64,000 bases of DNA, taken from positions 42,346,001 through 42,410,000 of the forward strand of contig OX597827.1 in the NCBI GenBank assembly GCA_951406725.2, in the 5' to 3' direction. Positions 27,192 to 40,940 of this stretch are shown here, one piece after another; positions within the stretch are counted from its first letter, which is position 1; each line of letters starts with the position of its first letter. The translations under genes and the position numbers were made by a program. Below the pieces are notes generated by a model. That model did not search any database. It had not been told where the DNA came from and was given only the letters and a program-made list of their open reading frames with translations. Source of the DNA: Octopus vulgaris. Its lineage: Eukaryota.

Positions 27192-27858
27192 TATATTACA
27201 AAGTTGTTTATTTTTCGGTCATTATTAATTTCTTTCCTTTTATATTTTAAATTATTTATAGTTTTTTTCTTTTTTTCTAAAGAGTTTCCTCGTTGCACAG
27301 ATATCAGTTCAAATAGTGAAAGTAAATAAATAGATATAAATAAATAAATGACGTCACAACTTGACTCGTGCATAACATTTGCATGTGTCATCGCATTTCC
27401 TTCTCACACGCATAAACCTCAACAGACGTCTTAATACAACTTTAAACTCCTGTAAGGAAATTGCATTCTACTACAGCCATTGTATTATGTTTCTATATCT
27501 CTCTATAAAGAAAAAAAAAAACTAATATTTTTTATTATCAAAACCGAATATTTAATTTATTATTTGAGAGTATTTACTTTCAAAAAAAAAAAAAAAAAAA
27601 CCAAGCTTGGCTGGCAACTTTTTCCTATGTCCTTTACATTTTGCATGTTATAGTCATTAGTCTGCGGCCATGCTGGGGCACGGCATGAAAAAATATAGTC
27701 GAGCGAATTAACTCCTGTACTTATTTATTTATTTATACTTCTTTTATCGGTTCCTTTTGACAAAACGCTAAGTTACGGACCGTTTTCAACACTTGTCACG
27801 CAGTGGTAGGGAGACAGGCACCAAAACACACATACATACATGTGTATACATACATACA

Positions 27859-27894
<36 letters not shown>

Positions 27895-27931
27895 TATATA
27901 TGTATATATATATATGTATATGTCCTGTTGT

Positions 27932-28083
<152 letters not shown>

Positions 28084-28119
28084 CATTATTATTATTATCA
28101 TCATCATTATTATTATTGT

Positions 28120-28416
28120 ATTTTGTATTTATATTTGTGTAACATCGTCTGTTTTTCCTTCCTTGTTTTCATATACATTCGATGCTTTCTTCCAAGGAAT
28201 CTAATGCTCTTAGCCTAGTTTTTCCTTGGGGTTGGCCAGATTAGAACAATCTCAACATTAATCAGACAAAATTGCGAGGATGATCCGGTTCTTGACTGAG
28301 GATAGAAAGCTTCGAATGACCCGTATTTGTTTTTTTGTATCGTCTATCTGCAGGTTTTGTTGTCCCTTTTTGTATCACTTAGCTATTCGGATGTTTTGCG
28401 TTCTTGTCCCATTTTG

Positions 28417-28420
<4 letters not shown>
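28120..28420. mobile_element. Repeat family shared with 58060-58370 (possible Penelope-like terminal repeat)
   Basis: catt cg..gctttcttccaa..aat.taatgctcttagc matches the reverse complement of 58240-58285. Microsatellite-flanked. Confidence 0.5.
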
Positions 28421-28457
<37 letters not shown>

Positions 28458-29008
28458 TTCATGTGTCTGTTTGTCCCCCCAACATCGCTTGACAACCGAT
28501 GCTGGTGTGTTTACGTCCTCGTAACTTAGCGGTTCGGCAAAAGAGACCTATAGAATAAGTACTGGGTTTACAAAGAATAAACTCCGTGGTCAATTTTCTC
28601 GACAACATGGCTGTAGTAACTGAAACAAGTAAAAGAGTATACATACATACATACGTACATACATACATACATACATACATACATACATACATACATACAT
28701 ACATACAAGCATACATACATACATACATACATACATACATACATACATACATACATACATACATACATACATACAAATATATATACAGGTATATGTCCGA
28801 CAGGGTTCTTACAGTTTTGGTCTGCTAAATCCACTCACAATTTCATCGGCCTGATGGTGTCACGGAGTGAGACTGAACCCGAAACTATGCGGTTGGGTAG
28901 CCAGCTTCCTACCACACAGCCACGCCCAGAAAATTTATAATTTTTAGGAGCAGCCTAGCGTCCATATTGAACCTTATTCAGCCATTTGGTTGTATATATA
29001 TATATATG

Positions 29009-29119
<111 letters not shown>

Positions 29120-29134
29120 GATCATATATATCGG

Positions 29135-29168
<34 letters not shown>

Positions 29169-29650
29169 CGGATCAACTGGAACACTCGTCGTCGTAACCG
29201 ACGGAGTGTCAGTGTATGTGTGTGTGTGTGAGTGTGTGTGTGCGAGCGCGCGCTCATATTTTGGAAATACCATGTTATTACAAATTTCTAATTTTAGCTC
29301 AACACTACTACACAATTATGCTGATGGTGGTGGTGGTGGAAAGGTTGGTGGGGGTGATGTCATCAATTTAATCAATATAACTTGTTGTTTGCTTTGCTAC
29401 ATAATATCATGGATTACAGAAAATCAAAATTGAAAATCGTCCTCGACAGTAATTTGAACTTAGAACGGAAGGGACGGTAACTGTATACCACAAGACTTTC
29501 ATTATTTATTTTTCGTGTTGCTTCCCAACCACAAGGTTCTGAGTAGAGTCATAATACATGACACCTTGGGCAGTGCCTTCTACTATAGCCTCGGGTCGAC
29601 CAAAGCCTTGTCAGTGGATTTGGTAGACAGAAACTGAAAGAAGACCGTCG

Positions 29651-29710
<60 letters not shown>

Positions 29711-29714
<4 letters not shown>

Positions 29715-30049
29715 GAGATGTGGAACACGAGTTGTGATATATAAAAAAAGGAAATGAAGAAAATGCTGACAAAATAATTTAAGTAAGGGAGAGTCTATTT
29801 AATTAGGTGAAAGTTCTTTTTACCGGTTGCGCATTTGTTATGCTTATCAAAAGATATTTTTTTAAGAGAGATAGAGTTCCTTTCTGATAGATTAGAAAAA
29901 AATCTATCTGAAAGGAACTCTATCTCTCTTTAAAAAATATCTTTTGATAAGCATAACAAATGCGCAACCGGTAAAAAGAACTTTCACCTAATTAAATACA
30001 CTCTCCCTTACTTAAATTATTTTGTCAGCATTTTCTTCATTTCCTTTTT
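29711..30049. mobile_element. Long palindromic element in (TA)n, pLTR-like, with a variant hammerhead motif in each arm
   Basis: Arms about 29745-29893 and 29901-30049 are near-perfect reverse complements. Inserted in the (TA)n of a family B SINE. Confidence 0.8.
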
Positions 30050-30495
30050 ATATATATATATGGTTCCGGGTTCAGTCCCACTGCGTGACACCTTGGGCAG
30101 TGACTTCTACTATAGCCTCGAGTCGACCAAAGCCTTGTCGGTGGATTTAGTAGACGGAAACTGAAAAAAGCCCGTCGTATATATTATATATATATGTATA
30201 TATATATGGTTCCGGGTTCAGTCCCACTGCGTGGCACCTTCGGCAAGTGTCTTCTACTATAACCTCGTGCATATGTTCTTGTATCTGTGTTTGTCCCCTC
30301 AACATCGCTTGACAACCAATGCAGGTGCGTTTACGTCCCCGTAACATAGCGGTTCGGCAAAAGAGACCGATAAAATAAGTACTATGCTTACAAAGAATAA
30401 GTCCTGGGGTCGATTTGGTGGACTAAATGCGGTGCTCCAGCATGGCCACAGTCAAATGACTGAAATAAGTAAAAGAGTAAAAAGAGTAAAAAAGA

Positions 30496-30555
<60 letters not shown>

Positions 30556-30567
30556 ATGTATTTATCA

Positions 30568-30735
30568 ATGTGTCCCTGAGTCTGTTTGTCCCCACCCGTA
30601 CCATCGCTTCACAATCGACGTGGGTGTGTCAACGTCCCCGTAACTTAGCAGCTCGCCAAATAGGATAATGTACTAGTCGAGCACTGAAGTACACATTATT
30701 GACTTTCTCCGCACCCAGCCCGAACTCAGTGGCTT

Positions 30736-30770
<35 letters not shown>

Positions 30771-30930
30771 ATGTATTTATGCATATGTGTCCCTGAGTCT
30801 GTTTGTCCCCACCCGTACCATCGCTTCACAATCGACGTGGGTGTGTCAACGTCCCCGTAACTTAGCAGCTCGCCAAATAGGATAATGACTTTCTCCGCAC
30901 CCAGCCCGAACTCAGTGGCTTTATATATAT
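30568..30930. repeat. ~220-bp local duplication of a SINE B 3' fragment plus unique tail
   Basis: gtgtccctgagtctgtttgtccccacccg...cccgaactcagtggcttta twice; the second copy lacks ~31 bp. Confidence 0.85.
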
Positions 30931-31134
30931 ATGTGTGTGTGTGTATGTGTGTGTGTGTGTGAGTGTGTGTTTGTGTGTGTGTGTATGTATCTGTCTGTAC
31001 ACACATATATAAATATACATATACTGGTAGTCTATATCACACTGTCTGTCATTGTTTTAGACGCCAACGTAGTCACGAGTAGGCGTGTGTGTGTGTGTAT
31101 GTGTGTCTATGTATATATGTGCGTGCGTCTGTGC

Positions 31135-31180
<46 letters not shown>

Positions 31181-31507
31181 TTGTAGTGTGTGTCAGGCTT
31201 TCTCCCGTTGTTTCATGTGCCAGCGTAGTCACGCGTAGGCATAGATGGCCTCTTGATCCACTCACACTTCAGTCGGTGTGACATCAAGGATGTGACACCA
31301 ACCGAGAAATGATGTTGCATCAAGATTAGGCTGGAACACATTTACACTTCATTTCCACGATCATTTTGATACCTGAGTATGCGGCACACCCCGTGCACCT
31401 GCACAGGCAATGTCGATTTCGTGGTGGCGGGGGAATGTGCTAAAGTGCAAATCAAACGTTTGCTCACTTATAAACAAATTATCGAAGAAGATTGCTCTCC
31501 GAGTTAT

Positions 31508-31985
31508 TGCAGAACCGTCGTCCCCGGTTTCGAGGTCAGACGCGGTCCCAGGAATTTTTTAAATGGATGCAGAACCGTCGTCCCCGGTTTCGAGGTCAGA
31601 CGCGGTCCCAGGAATTTTTCAAATGGATGCAGATCCGTCGTCCCCGGTTTCGAGTTCAGACGCGGTCCCAGGAATTTTTCAAATCGATGCAGAACCGTCG
31701 TTCCCGGTTTCGAGGTCAGATGCAGTCCCAGGAATTTTTTAATTGGATGCAGAACGGTCATCTCTGGTTTCGACGTTAGATGCAGTCCCAGGAATTTTTC
31801 TAATCGATGCAGAACCGTTTTCCCCGCTTTCGAGGTCAGACGTAGTCCCAAGAATTTTTCAAATGGATGCAGAACCGTCGTCCCCAGTTTCGAGGTCAGA
31901 CACGGTCCCAGGAATTTTTCAAATGCATGCAGAACACTCGTCCCCGATTTCGAGGTCAGGCGTAGTCCCAAGAAGTTTTCAAAGA
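31508..31985. repeat. 60-bp minisatellite x8
   Basis: tgcagaaccgtcgtccccggtttcgaggtcagacgcggtcccaggaatttttcaaatgga repeats in exact 60-nt register. Confidence 0.95.
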
Positions 31986-32626
31986 GAGTGCAAAAGGTCA
32001 GAAGGAAATACAATTCCAGGAGAGATGGGCGTAACAACATTATTTAGAAGGGCGCATTTCTTTTCTATATATATATATATGTCACGCTTTCTCACTGTTT
32101 TGGGTGCCAGCATGGTCACGAGTATTTCTTTTCTTGAGCGAGACACGTGCCCCTCAGCCCTTCTCACTTAGGTCCATCCTCCAGAGGTGGTGTCAAAATG
32201 TTCCGAGACTAGTTCTGTAGAGCGCCAACATATGGCAGCACACTCGTATATATTTAAAAGTCTACATTTTCAAGTGTATCTTTTTCCAATGTAAGATAAT
32301 ATGGTGTGATTTATAACAAATTTTGTTGCTACTTATAGATAAGCCAAGTTACAGTTTTATGTTTTTCTCCGTACAGTTTACTTAAGGGTATGTGTAATCA
32401 GTGTTTCCAGTCGTGACAATCCAGTCGCTTCATATATCAGGAACTGTATTGCTTCAATCTTATATTTATTGAAGACACTGGAAGACGACTGGTGGAAGTT
32501 ATGGTTTCCGTATTAAAGATCTTTCAGACGGCCATGTGTTAGTTACTTGAATATAAACTTGTCTTCCAAACGAGCGACAGTCTTTTTGCCTTGTGTCTGC
32601 CTGTGTCTGTCTGTCTGTCTCCCTCT

Positions 32627-32679
<53 letters not shown>

Positions 32680-32881
32680 TCTCTATCTATCTATCTCTAC
32701 CTCCCGCTTTCTTTCACATTTTGTGTTTCGTGTGGAGAAGTGTTACTTGTTGGGAAATAGTTAAGTTTGTTCGTCACCTCAGCGAGCTAACTGCCGTTAA
32801 AAGCAGTGTACGTCTTTCGCTTGCCTTAGGAAAATGGCAAAAGGAGATACGGGTCGGTCTCTCCTTCTCTCTCTCTCTCTT

Positions 32882-32922
<41 letters not shown>

Positions 32923-33142
32923 CACCCGCATATATATATACATACACATACAAGTGTATCGACGCCATAAATATCCTTATAAGATTGGTTAATGGAAAGT
33001 GGTGGCTCCTCCTAAAACACGCAATAACCACAACAATAAAAACATTGCTAGCCACACAAATATGGCAATTTTAACAGCATCATTATCAGAATTATCTGTG
33101 CAACAATTTGAAATGATAATTATTATTATTTGGTGGGCAGAG

Positions 33143-35125
33143 GGCGGCGAGCTGACAGAATCGTTAGCACGCCGGGCGAAATGCTTAGCAATATTTCGTC
33201 TGCCGTTACGTTCTGAGTTCAAATTCGCCGAGGTCGACTATGCCTTTCATCCTTTCGGGGTCGATAAATTAAGTACCAGTTACGCACTGGAGCCGATATA
33301 ATCAACTTAATCCGTTTGTCAGTCCTTGTATGTCCTCTCTGTGTTTAGCCCCTTGTGGGTAGTAAAGAAATAGGTATTTCGTCTGCCGTTACGCTCTGAG
33401 TTCAAATTCCGCTGAGGTCAACTTTGCCTTTCATCCTTTCGGGGTCGATTAAATAAGTACTAATTACGCACTGGGGTCGATATAATCGACTTAATCCGTT
33501 TGTCTGTCCTTGTTTGTCCCCTCTGTGTTTAGCCCCTTGTGGATAGTAAAGAAATAGGTATTTCGTCTGCCACTACGTTCTGAGTTCAAATTCCGCCGAC
33601 GTCGACTTTGCCTTTCATCCTTTCGGGGGCGATAGAATAAGTACCAGTTGAGTACAGGGGGTCGATGTAAACGACTTAACCCCTCCTCCGAAATTGCTGG
33701 CCTTGTGCCAAAATATGAAACCATCAATTTGTGGGAAGGAGCTAGACGACTACATTGATCCCAGTGCTCAGTTCATAATTATTTTATCGACGCTGAAAGG
33801 GTGAAGGTCAAAGTTGACTCAAAAGGCATTTGAACTTTGAACGTAAAAGTCCTTTATAAGCCATTATAAATAAACACACTAAAACCATCCACTTTTTGCC
33901 TTTCCGTCGCAATTCGCCACTTTTCGAATGTGTCCGTAGTATTGAACTCCGCCCAGTTCGTCTCCAGCTGAGACATCGACGTCTAGCTTTATCGGAAGTC
34001 ATCAAACTTATTACAACACACCCAGTCGCACCAGGATATCCCACTATAAACGCCGAATTCCACTAGAATATTGTTGTCATGGTCATTGCTAGCTGGCAGA
34101 AACGTTAGCACGCCGGGCGAAATGCTTAGCGGTATTTCGTCTGCGTTACGTTGTGAGTTCAAATTCCGCCGAGGTCGACTTTGCCTTTCATCCTTTCGGG
34201 GTCGATAAATTAAGTACCAGTTACGCACTGTGGTCGATGTAATCGACTTAATACCTATGTCTGTCCTTGTTTGTCCCCTCTGTGTTTAGCCCCTTGTCGG
34301 TAATAAAGAAATAGGTATTTCCTGTGCCAGGGAAGCTGGCAGAAACGTTAGCACGCCGGGCGGAATGCCTAGCCGTATTTTGTCTGCCATGACGTTCTGA
34401 GTTCAAATTCCGCCGAGGTCGACTTTGCCTTTCATCCTTACGGGGTCGATTAAATAAGTACCAGTTATGCACTGGGGTCGATATAATCGACTTAATCCGT
34501 TTGTCTGTCCTTGTTTTTCCCCTCTGTGTTTAGCCCCTTGTGGGTAGTAAAGAAATAGGTATTTCGTCTGCCGTTACGTTCAGAGTTCAATTTGACTTCT
34601 ATTTCTAGCACATTGGGTGACCAGATAGCAGTACAACGAACGAAACCACTGGATTATTTCACATGTACTTATTTATGGAGATCGTAATTCCAGCAATATT
34701 AGTTTCAATTTTTGGCACAGGGCTAGCAATTTCGGGGAAGGGGGCTAGTGGATCATATCGATCCCAGTGTTCAACTGTTATTTATTTTATCAACCCCAGA
34801 AGGATAAAAGATGAAGTCGACCTCGGCAAAATTTGAACTCAGAACGTAAAGACGGACAAAACGCCGCTAAGCAGTTTCCTGGCGTGCTAACAATTCTGCC
34901 AGCTCGCCACATTTAAATTTTGGCGCAAGGCCAGCAATTTTAAGGAAAATGGATTAAGTCGATTCAGTACCAGTTGAGCTCGTCTCTGGAGTTCATCTGA
35001 TACTTATTTTATCGGCCCCGAAAGAATAAATAGTAAATTCGACTTCGGTCGAATTCGAACGTAGAACGTTGAGACGTAGGAAGTTCCGGCAAGCACGACA
35101 ATGATTCTGCCAGCTCTCCGCCTTA
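33143..35125. mobile_element. Cluster of family A SINE multimers on both strands
   Basis: Plus trimer 33143-33725, plus copies 34091-34590, minus copies at about 33740-33845 and 34700-35125. Confidence 0.85.
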
Positions 35126-35379
35126 AGGAATTCACTGCAATACTAAAGACATTAACGTGAGATTTTAGGATTTTGCTGCTATTTCTGACAGCCTGAGCAA
35201 CACCGTACAGGTGAGGCACCTTGGTTAGGTTAGTGTTGAGATTAATTGTCACGTGCTGTATTCCGGTTTCATACAGACACCAGCTGCTATGGAAAGAGAA
35301 AGTCTTTGCAGATGGCAACCACATGACGCAAGTTGTTTGGTCAGAGTACAAAACGGTGTACAGAACATATTTGCAATGT

Positions 35380-35446
<67 letters not shown>

Positions 35447-35495
35447 TACATACACGCATATATATGTATATATATATATACATGTATGTGTGTGA

Positions 35496-35564
<69 letters not shown>

Positions 35565-35582
35565 TAGAGAGATAGAGAGAGT

Positions 35583-35659
<77 letters not shown>

Positions 35660-36126
35660 ATAGATAGACAGACAGATACTGAAGTGTATGTGTGTGTCTT
35701 CGTGTGTTCGTATCTATGTCGATTAGGTAGTGTGGATTCCAAAGTAACCAATGTCTGCAATCACGTTACACACACACACACACACACACGCACATTTACA
35801 TACGCAAGTACAATATATGCGAGTATGTATATAAGTGAATATGTGTGTGTATAGACATATGTTTGTATGTGTACGTATATGCATATATGTATACATATAC
35901 ATACACATGTACATACATACACACACACACACTCACATACATACACACATATACATACGCCCACACACACGCCCCCTCACCCACCTATATATATATGAAT
36001 AACCTTTGTCGTCTGAGAGCCTGAGAGCGTCTGCACTAATAAATTTCTTCTGTGAAGCGCAGGCGAAGGTCAAGTATTTAATACACATATGTATGTGTAT
36101 ACATACACACACCACACGTGTGTCTG

Positions 36127-36170
<44 letters not shown>

Positions 36171-36679
36171 TGTGTGTGTATATATGTGTGTGTGTAAATG
36201 TGTGTGTGTGTGTGTGTTTCACAAATACAGTTAGAAAGTAAAATAATCTGACCAAGAACACACAATAACCACAACAATAAAAACATTGCTAGCCATAAAT
36301 ATGGCAATTTTAACAGCATCATTATCAGAATGTCTGTGTTCCTACCTTTCTGCTGTACGCCACGGAAGAATTAAACTCCGTTAAAAGATACAAACCAATA
36401 ATGTTGTATAGAAATATTGTTATGTTGGATTAACTTCACGGTTTCTTGAGGAAGACTTCGTCGTCGGTGCTACTGGACACTCGGCTGTTCGAATCTAACC
36501 ATTAGAATTATTCTGGTTGAATCTCAGATTATTTAACTGTCAAAAACTTCAGAGTGCCTGACTATGAGTAGCCACCACTGGATGTTTTGAATTCGACCAC
36601 TGTTACCTGTGGTTACCTGTAGGTGATAAGGAATAATCATTTAATATATATAATTCTTTACTGTTGTTGGACGTGTTAG

Positions 36680-37675
36680 TGTAGTTGTGGATTCACAGGA
36701 CAAGGGGTTTTGGGGCTGCTGATGTCTAAGCAGGAGGACGAACAGTTGGGTCTAAGGACCCCTAGTCTTCCATGTCTTACTCTGTAGTTGCAGGACTTGA
36801 ACACTTAGGAGTCGCCTGGGTCCATAGGAGTTACCTGAACTCCTTTGGTAACAGGTCACTTCGTAGAGAATTATGAGTTGTGGACTCGTTAGACAAGAGG
36901 TTTTGGTGCTGTCGATATCCACATCGGAAGACGAAGGGTTGGGTCTCCAGATATTTAGTCTTCAATGTCTTACTCTGTAGTTGCGTGACTTGAACAATGT
37001 CCTAGGCGCTTAGGAGTCGCCTGAGCTCCTTCGGTACCAGGACAGATTATGGGTTACCATTGGTCAGATTTCGTACCCAACCAAGCACTATAATCAGAAA
37101 TTAAGGTGCTTCCTGTTACTTGTATGATTCGGAAACTTCAGCTCGGACTGTTTGGTCATGTTGCTCTATTTTCGAATTTCGATCATTTTACGTATCGTGT
37201 TCTCTTCTCTGAGGATCTGGCTAGGAGTGGCGGCTGGTGTTGGTCGGCCACAAATTACATAGTAACGGTGGATGAAGAAGTATTCGACACAGAAGGGGAA
37301 TGACTGGGGTACTGCTCAGAGTGTTTCCAGGGATGATAAGGATAAAGGATAAAGCTTCTACCCAAGTCATATAGGCTCATAGGACCGGTTTCCCGACTTC
37401 CATGGCACAAAAATCCGCATCCCACATCCTGGATAGGACGTCGGTCCGTCGCACAGGATTACTCGTTTTTTGTAGCTGATTAGACTGGAGCGATGTGAAA
37501 TGAAGTGTTTTGCTTCAGTACACAACGCATCGCCCGGTCCAGGAATCGAAACCACAATCTTACGTTCATGATTCCAACGCTCTAACAACTAAGCCACGCA
37601 CCTCCACAAAGCAACTACCGCTAAATGATGGATGTTGCAACGCGCTGTAATGGCGCATGCCGCTTCACCTGACTT
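36680..37675 (+). pseudogene. Decayed RTE-type LINE 3' end, partly duplicated and interrupted by a tRNA SINE (37340-37608, minus)
   Basis: IMGYHWSDFVPNQ...VTCMIRKLQLGLFGHVA, and the end DVATRCNGAC resumes after the SINE. Confidence 0.65.
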
Positions 37676-37983
37676 TTACTCTTCTTCCTGTGTTGGTTTC
37701 CTACGATAACGAAAAGAACAGGAAAATACTTTTCCTCAAACATTTGTCTTATGCACCGTTTGTCAACGCTGACGATGATTCAACCTATTACATTTGTAGC
37801 TGCATACACAGATGGCGCTGCGTGCATACCATTTACAATGGCTGCTGGGTCGAATTATATGCGTATAAAGTAGCATTCAGGATCGGAGAAAATTTTCTGG
37901 AAGTACCTAATGTTTCGGTTCTGAATATGGCCGGTATGTGATTGTGTATTTGTTTACATTTACTATGTGTTGTATGTATAGGA

Positions 37984-38073
37984 CGTCCTGATGAGGGGAG
38001 TGCCAATTTAAAGTATATGGTATGGTATGTCTAATAATATTAATTGGCGCGTCTCCGAAACGGCCTGTAGATG
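37984..38073 (+). ncRNA. Type I hammerhead ribozyme (canonical core)
   Basis: cgtc-CTGATGA-[ggggagtgccaatt...aattggcgcgtctcc, ~14-bp stem II]-GAAA-cggcctg-TA-gatg. Stem I cgtc/gatg; GUA cleavage site. Confidence 0.75.
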
Positions 38074-38712
38074 GACTTCTGTGTATCTTTGTAAACTTAT
38101 ATTTTTGTAAACTTGTATAATTATTATCTTCTATGTACATTTCGCTAGAATTTTAATTCGTCTTTTAATATGCCTTGTATGCTTTATTTTTATTTTTATT
38201 TATTATTATTATATTTATTTCTCTTATTGTAACAAATTTATACTAAATGTTTTAAGAGTAAATTCAAGGTGTTATATGCAAAATTTATATTTTTATATGA
38301 TATATTTATATATTAATAAATTTTTAAATTTTTAAATGTCGGGCTTTATAGATATAGATGAGTATATGAAGATTTGTATGTGTTTGGTCATTCTGTGGAT
38401 TTTCTGATGTTCCTGTGGTTGATGCTCGCATTGCCTCCCCTCGGATAAAAAATTGTATACAGCTCATTAGAGCCCTTCTATTTCCAGTCCGTTGTATATC
38501 TTGAGCGTTGTTGTCACTCAAGATATAAATTTATATTTTGTATGTATATATATATGTCTGTGTGTCTGTCTGTGTGTCTATCTGTCTGTGTGTCTGTCTG
38601 TGTGTCTGTCTGTGTGTTTGTCTGTCTGTGTGTCTGTCTGTCTGTGTGTCTGTGTGTCTGTGTGTCTGTCTGTGTGTCTGTGTGTCTGTGTGTGTGTGTG
38701 TCTGTCTGTGTG

Positions 38713-38749
<37 letters not shown>

Positions 38750-38751
<2 letters not shown>

Positions 38752-39140
38752 GTCTAGTGGCACTTAGTCGGTTGCGACGACGAGGGTTCCATTTGATCTA
38801 ATCAACGGAACAGCTTGCTCGTGAAATTAACGCGCAAGTAGCTGAGCACTCCACAGACACGTGTACCCTTAACGTAGTTCTCAGGGAGATTCAGCGTGAC
38901 ACAGAATGTGACAAGGCTGGCCCTTTGAAATACAGGTAGAACAGAAACAGGAAGAAAGAGTGAGAGAAAGTTGTTGTGAAACGTGAAAGAGTACAGCAGG
39001 GTTCGCCACCACCCCTGCAGAAGCCTCTTGGAGCTTTAGGTGTTTTCGCTCAATAAACACTGACAAGGCCCGGTCTGGAAATCGAAACCGCGATCCTACG
39101 ACCGTGAGTCCGTTGCCCTAACCACGGGGCCATTGCGCCT

Positions 39141-39142
<2 letters not shown>
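38750..39142 (-). mobile_element. tRNA-derived SINE family C, near full length
   Basis: Minus strand ggaggcgcaatggccccgtggttagggc...gcggtttcgatttccagacc..., 3' end gtcgcaaccgactaagtgcc. Confidence 0.85.
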
Positions 39143-39177
<35 letters not shown>

Positions 39178-39616
39178 GGACTCTTCCGTCGTTAGACGGC
39201 GTATGAGGATTCGACAATTCCTTACGGGACAACAACACAGATGATTTACTTATAGTGATTAAATGGCTCACTCCCTCCATCAAATCGACGTTACCTGTAT
39301 AGGTGCAACTGGGTGCCACGTGGCAGATGTCGAAATGAGATAGTAGAGAAACGTGAAAAGAAGTGCTCTATTCAAGAACATAACACAACGCAACGCCCGG
39401 TCTGGGAATCGAACCCACGATCTCGCAATCATGAATGCAACTACTTAGCCATGCGCCTTCACGTATATGCTAAATTTAGGTTAGTTAAAACATGTTTGTG
39501 ACATATTTCAACTGATAAAAGGCAAATTCACTGCAGTTCCGTTGGGAAAATTTCTGAAAACACTCGGTTTGTTCAGTCACATCATCTATCAGGAGTCCAA
39601 GACATCGATGCTTCGA

Positions 39617-39674
<58 letters not shown>

Positions 39675-39678
<4 letters not shown>

Positions 39679-40035
39679 GAAATGAAGAAAATGCTGACAA
39701 AATAATTTAAGTAATTTAAGTAATTTAATTAGGTGAAAGTTCTTTTTACCGGTTGCGCATTTGTTATGCTTATCAAAAGATATTTTTTAAGAGAGATAGA
39801 GTTCCTTTCTGATAGATTTTTTCCTCTTAAGGGAAGACAGATAAGAGGAAAAAATCTATCAGAAAGGAACTCTATCTCTCTTAAAAAAATATCTTTTGAT
39901 AAGCATAACAAATGCGCAACCGGTAAAAAGAACTTTCACCTAATTAAATCACTTAAATTACTTAAATTATTTTGTCAGCATTTTCTTCATTTCCTTTTTT
40001 TATATATCACAACTCGTGTTCCACATCTCCTTTTT
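39675..40035. mobile_element. Second copy of the long palindromic element, opposite orientation
   Basis: Arms about 39675-39829 and 39842-39997. The unpaired extension 40001-40035 is the reverse complement of 29711-29742. (TA)n on both sides. Confidence 0.8.
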
Positions 40036-40038
40036 AAA

Positions 40039-40102
<64 letters not shown>

Positions 40103-40200
40103 CCAAACATGAAAACACAAAGAGAAAAAAACACAACAACGCGAGGACGTGGAACAAATATAGTATTATTGGACGCTCAAGAAGGAAGGGAAGAAGGAGG

Positions 40201-40235
40201 GTTTTACGTTTCGAGCGGAGCTCTTCGTCAGAAAC
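40201..40235 (-). ncRNA. Minimal type I hammerhead ribozyme (canonical core)
   Basis: Minus strand gttt-CTGACGA-a-gagc(tcc)gctc-GAAA-cg-TA-aaac. Palindromic stem III ACGT. Lies in a ~190-bp island (40098-40286) between (TA)n tracts. Confidence 0.85.
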
Positions 40236-40619
40236 ATAGGAAAAGGAAAGATCCAGAGAAGGGAAGACGGAGGCAAAAAAATCGCCATATATATATATAT
40301 ACTGCATGCGAAGCACTGCACTATGATATTCTACTAAGCTACACAATACGTCAGGGAGCCTGCATGTGGTCGTTTGAAATGCTAGAAATAGCATTCAAAT
40401 ATCCTACAATGACGACAACCACTGTATTCTCTTGAAAAACACGAAGGCGCTTTTAGTAGTGATATGCATAAGATGTGACGTTTATTGTTGAAACCCCTTT
40501 CGGTCATAGATCTGAGGTTTAAACAGCATTCTGATCATCATTATCATCATTGTCATGATCATAATCGTAGTCGTCGTCGTCAGCAGCATTTGCAATTAAC
40601 CCATACAACGGCTCCTCCT

Positions 40620-40625
40620 CATCCA

Positions 40626-40661
<36 letters not shown>

Positions 40662-40664
40662 GTA

Positions 40665-40706
<42 letters not shown>

Positions 40707-40709
40707 GTA

Positions 40710-40760
<51 letters not shown>

Positions 40761-40775
40761 GTAACTACTAATGTA

Positions 40776-40817
<42 letters not shown>

Positions 40818-40824
40818 GCTACTG

Positions 40825-40856
<32 letters not shown>

Positions 40857-40895
40857 GCTACTGCTACTACTACTACTACTACTACTACTACTGTA

Positions 40896-40940
<45 letters not shown>

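Noticed and set aside
28290-28325. CTGAGGA...GAAT motif, also CTGAAGA at about 58155 on the minus strand
   Set aside because: No GAAA and no convincing stems I or III.
31508-31985. Possible CRISPR array or tandem hammerheads (minus strand CTGAcctcGAAA)
   Set aside because: No unique spacers and a eukaryotic context. The core lacks GA at positions 8-9 and has no stem II.
39590-39620. Minus-strand GAAG-catcgatg-TC, a hammerhead 3' half
   Set aside because: A15.1 is changed and the 5' half is missing, so it is only a possible remnant.
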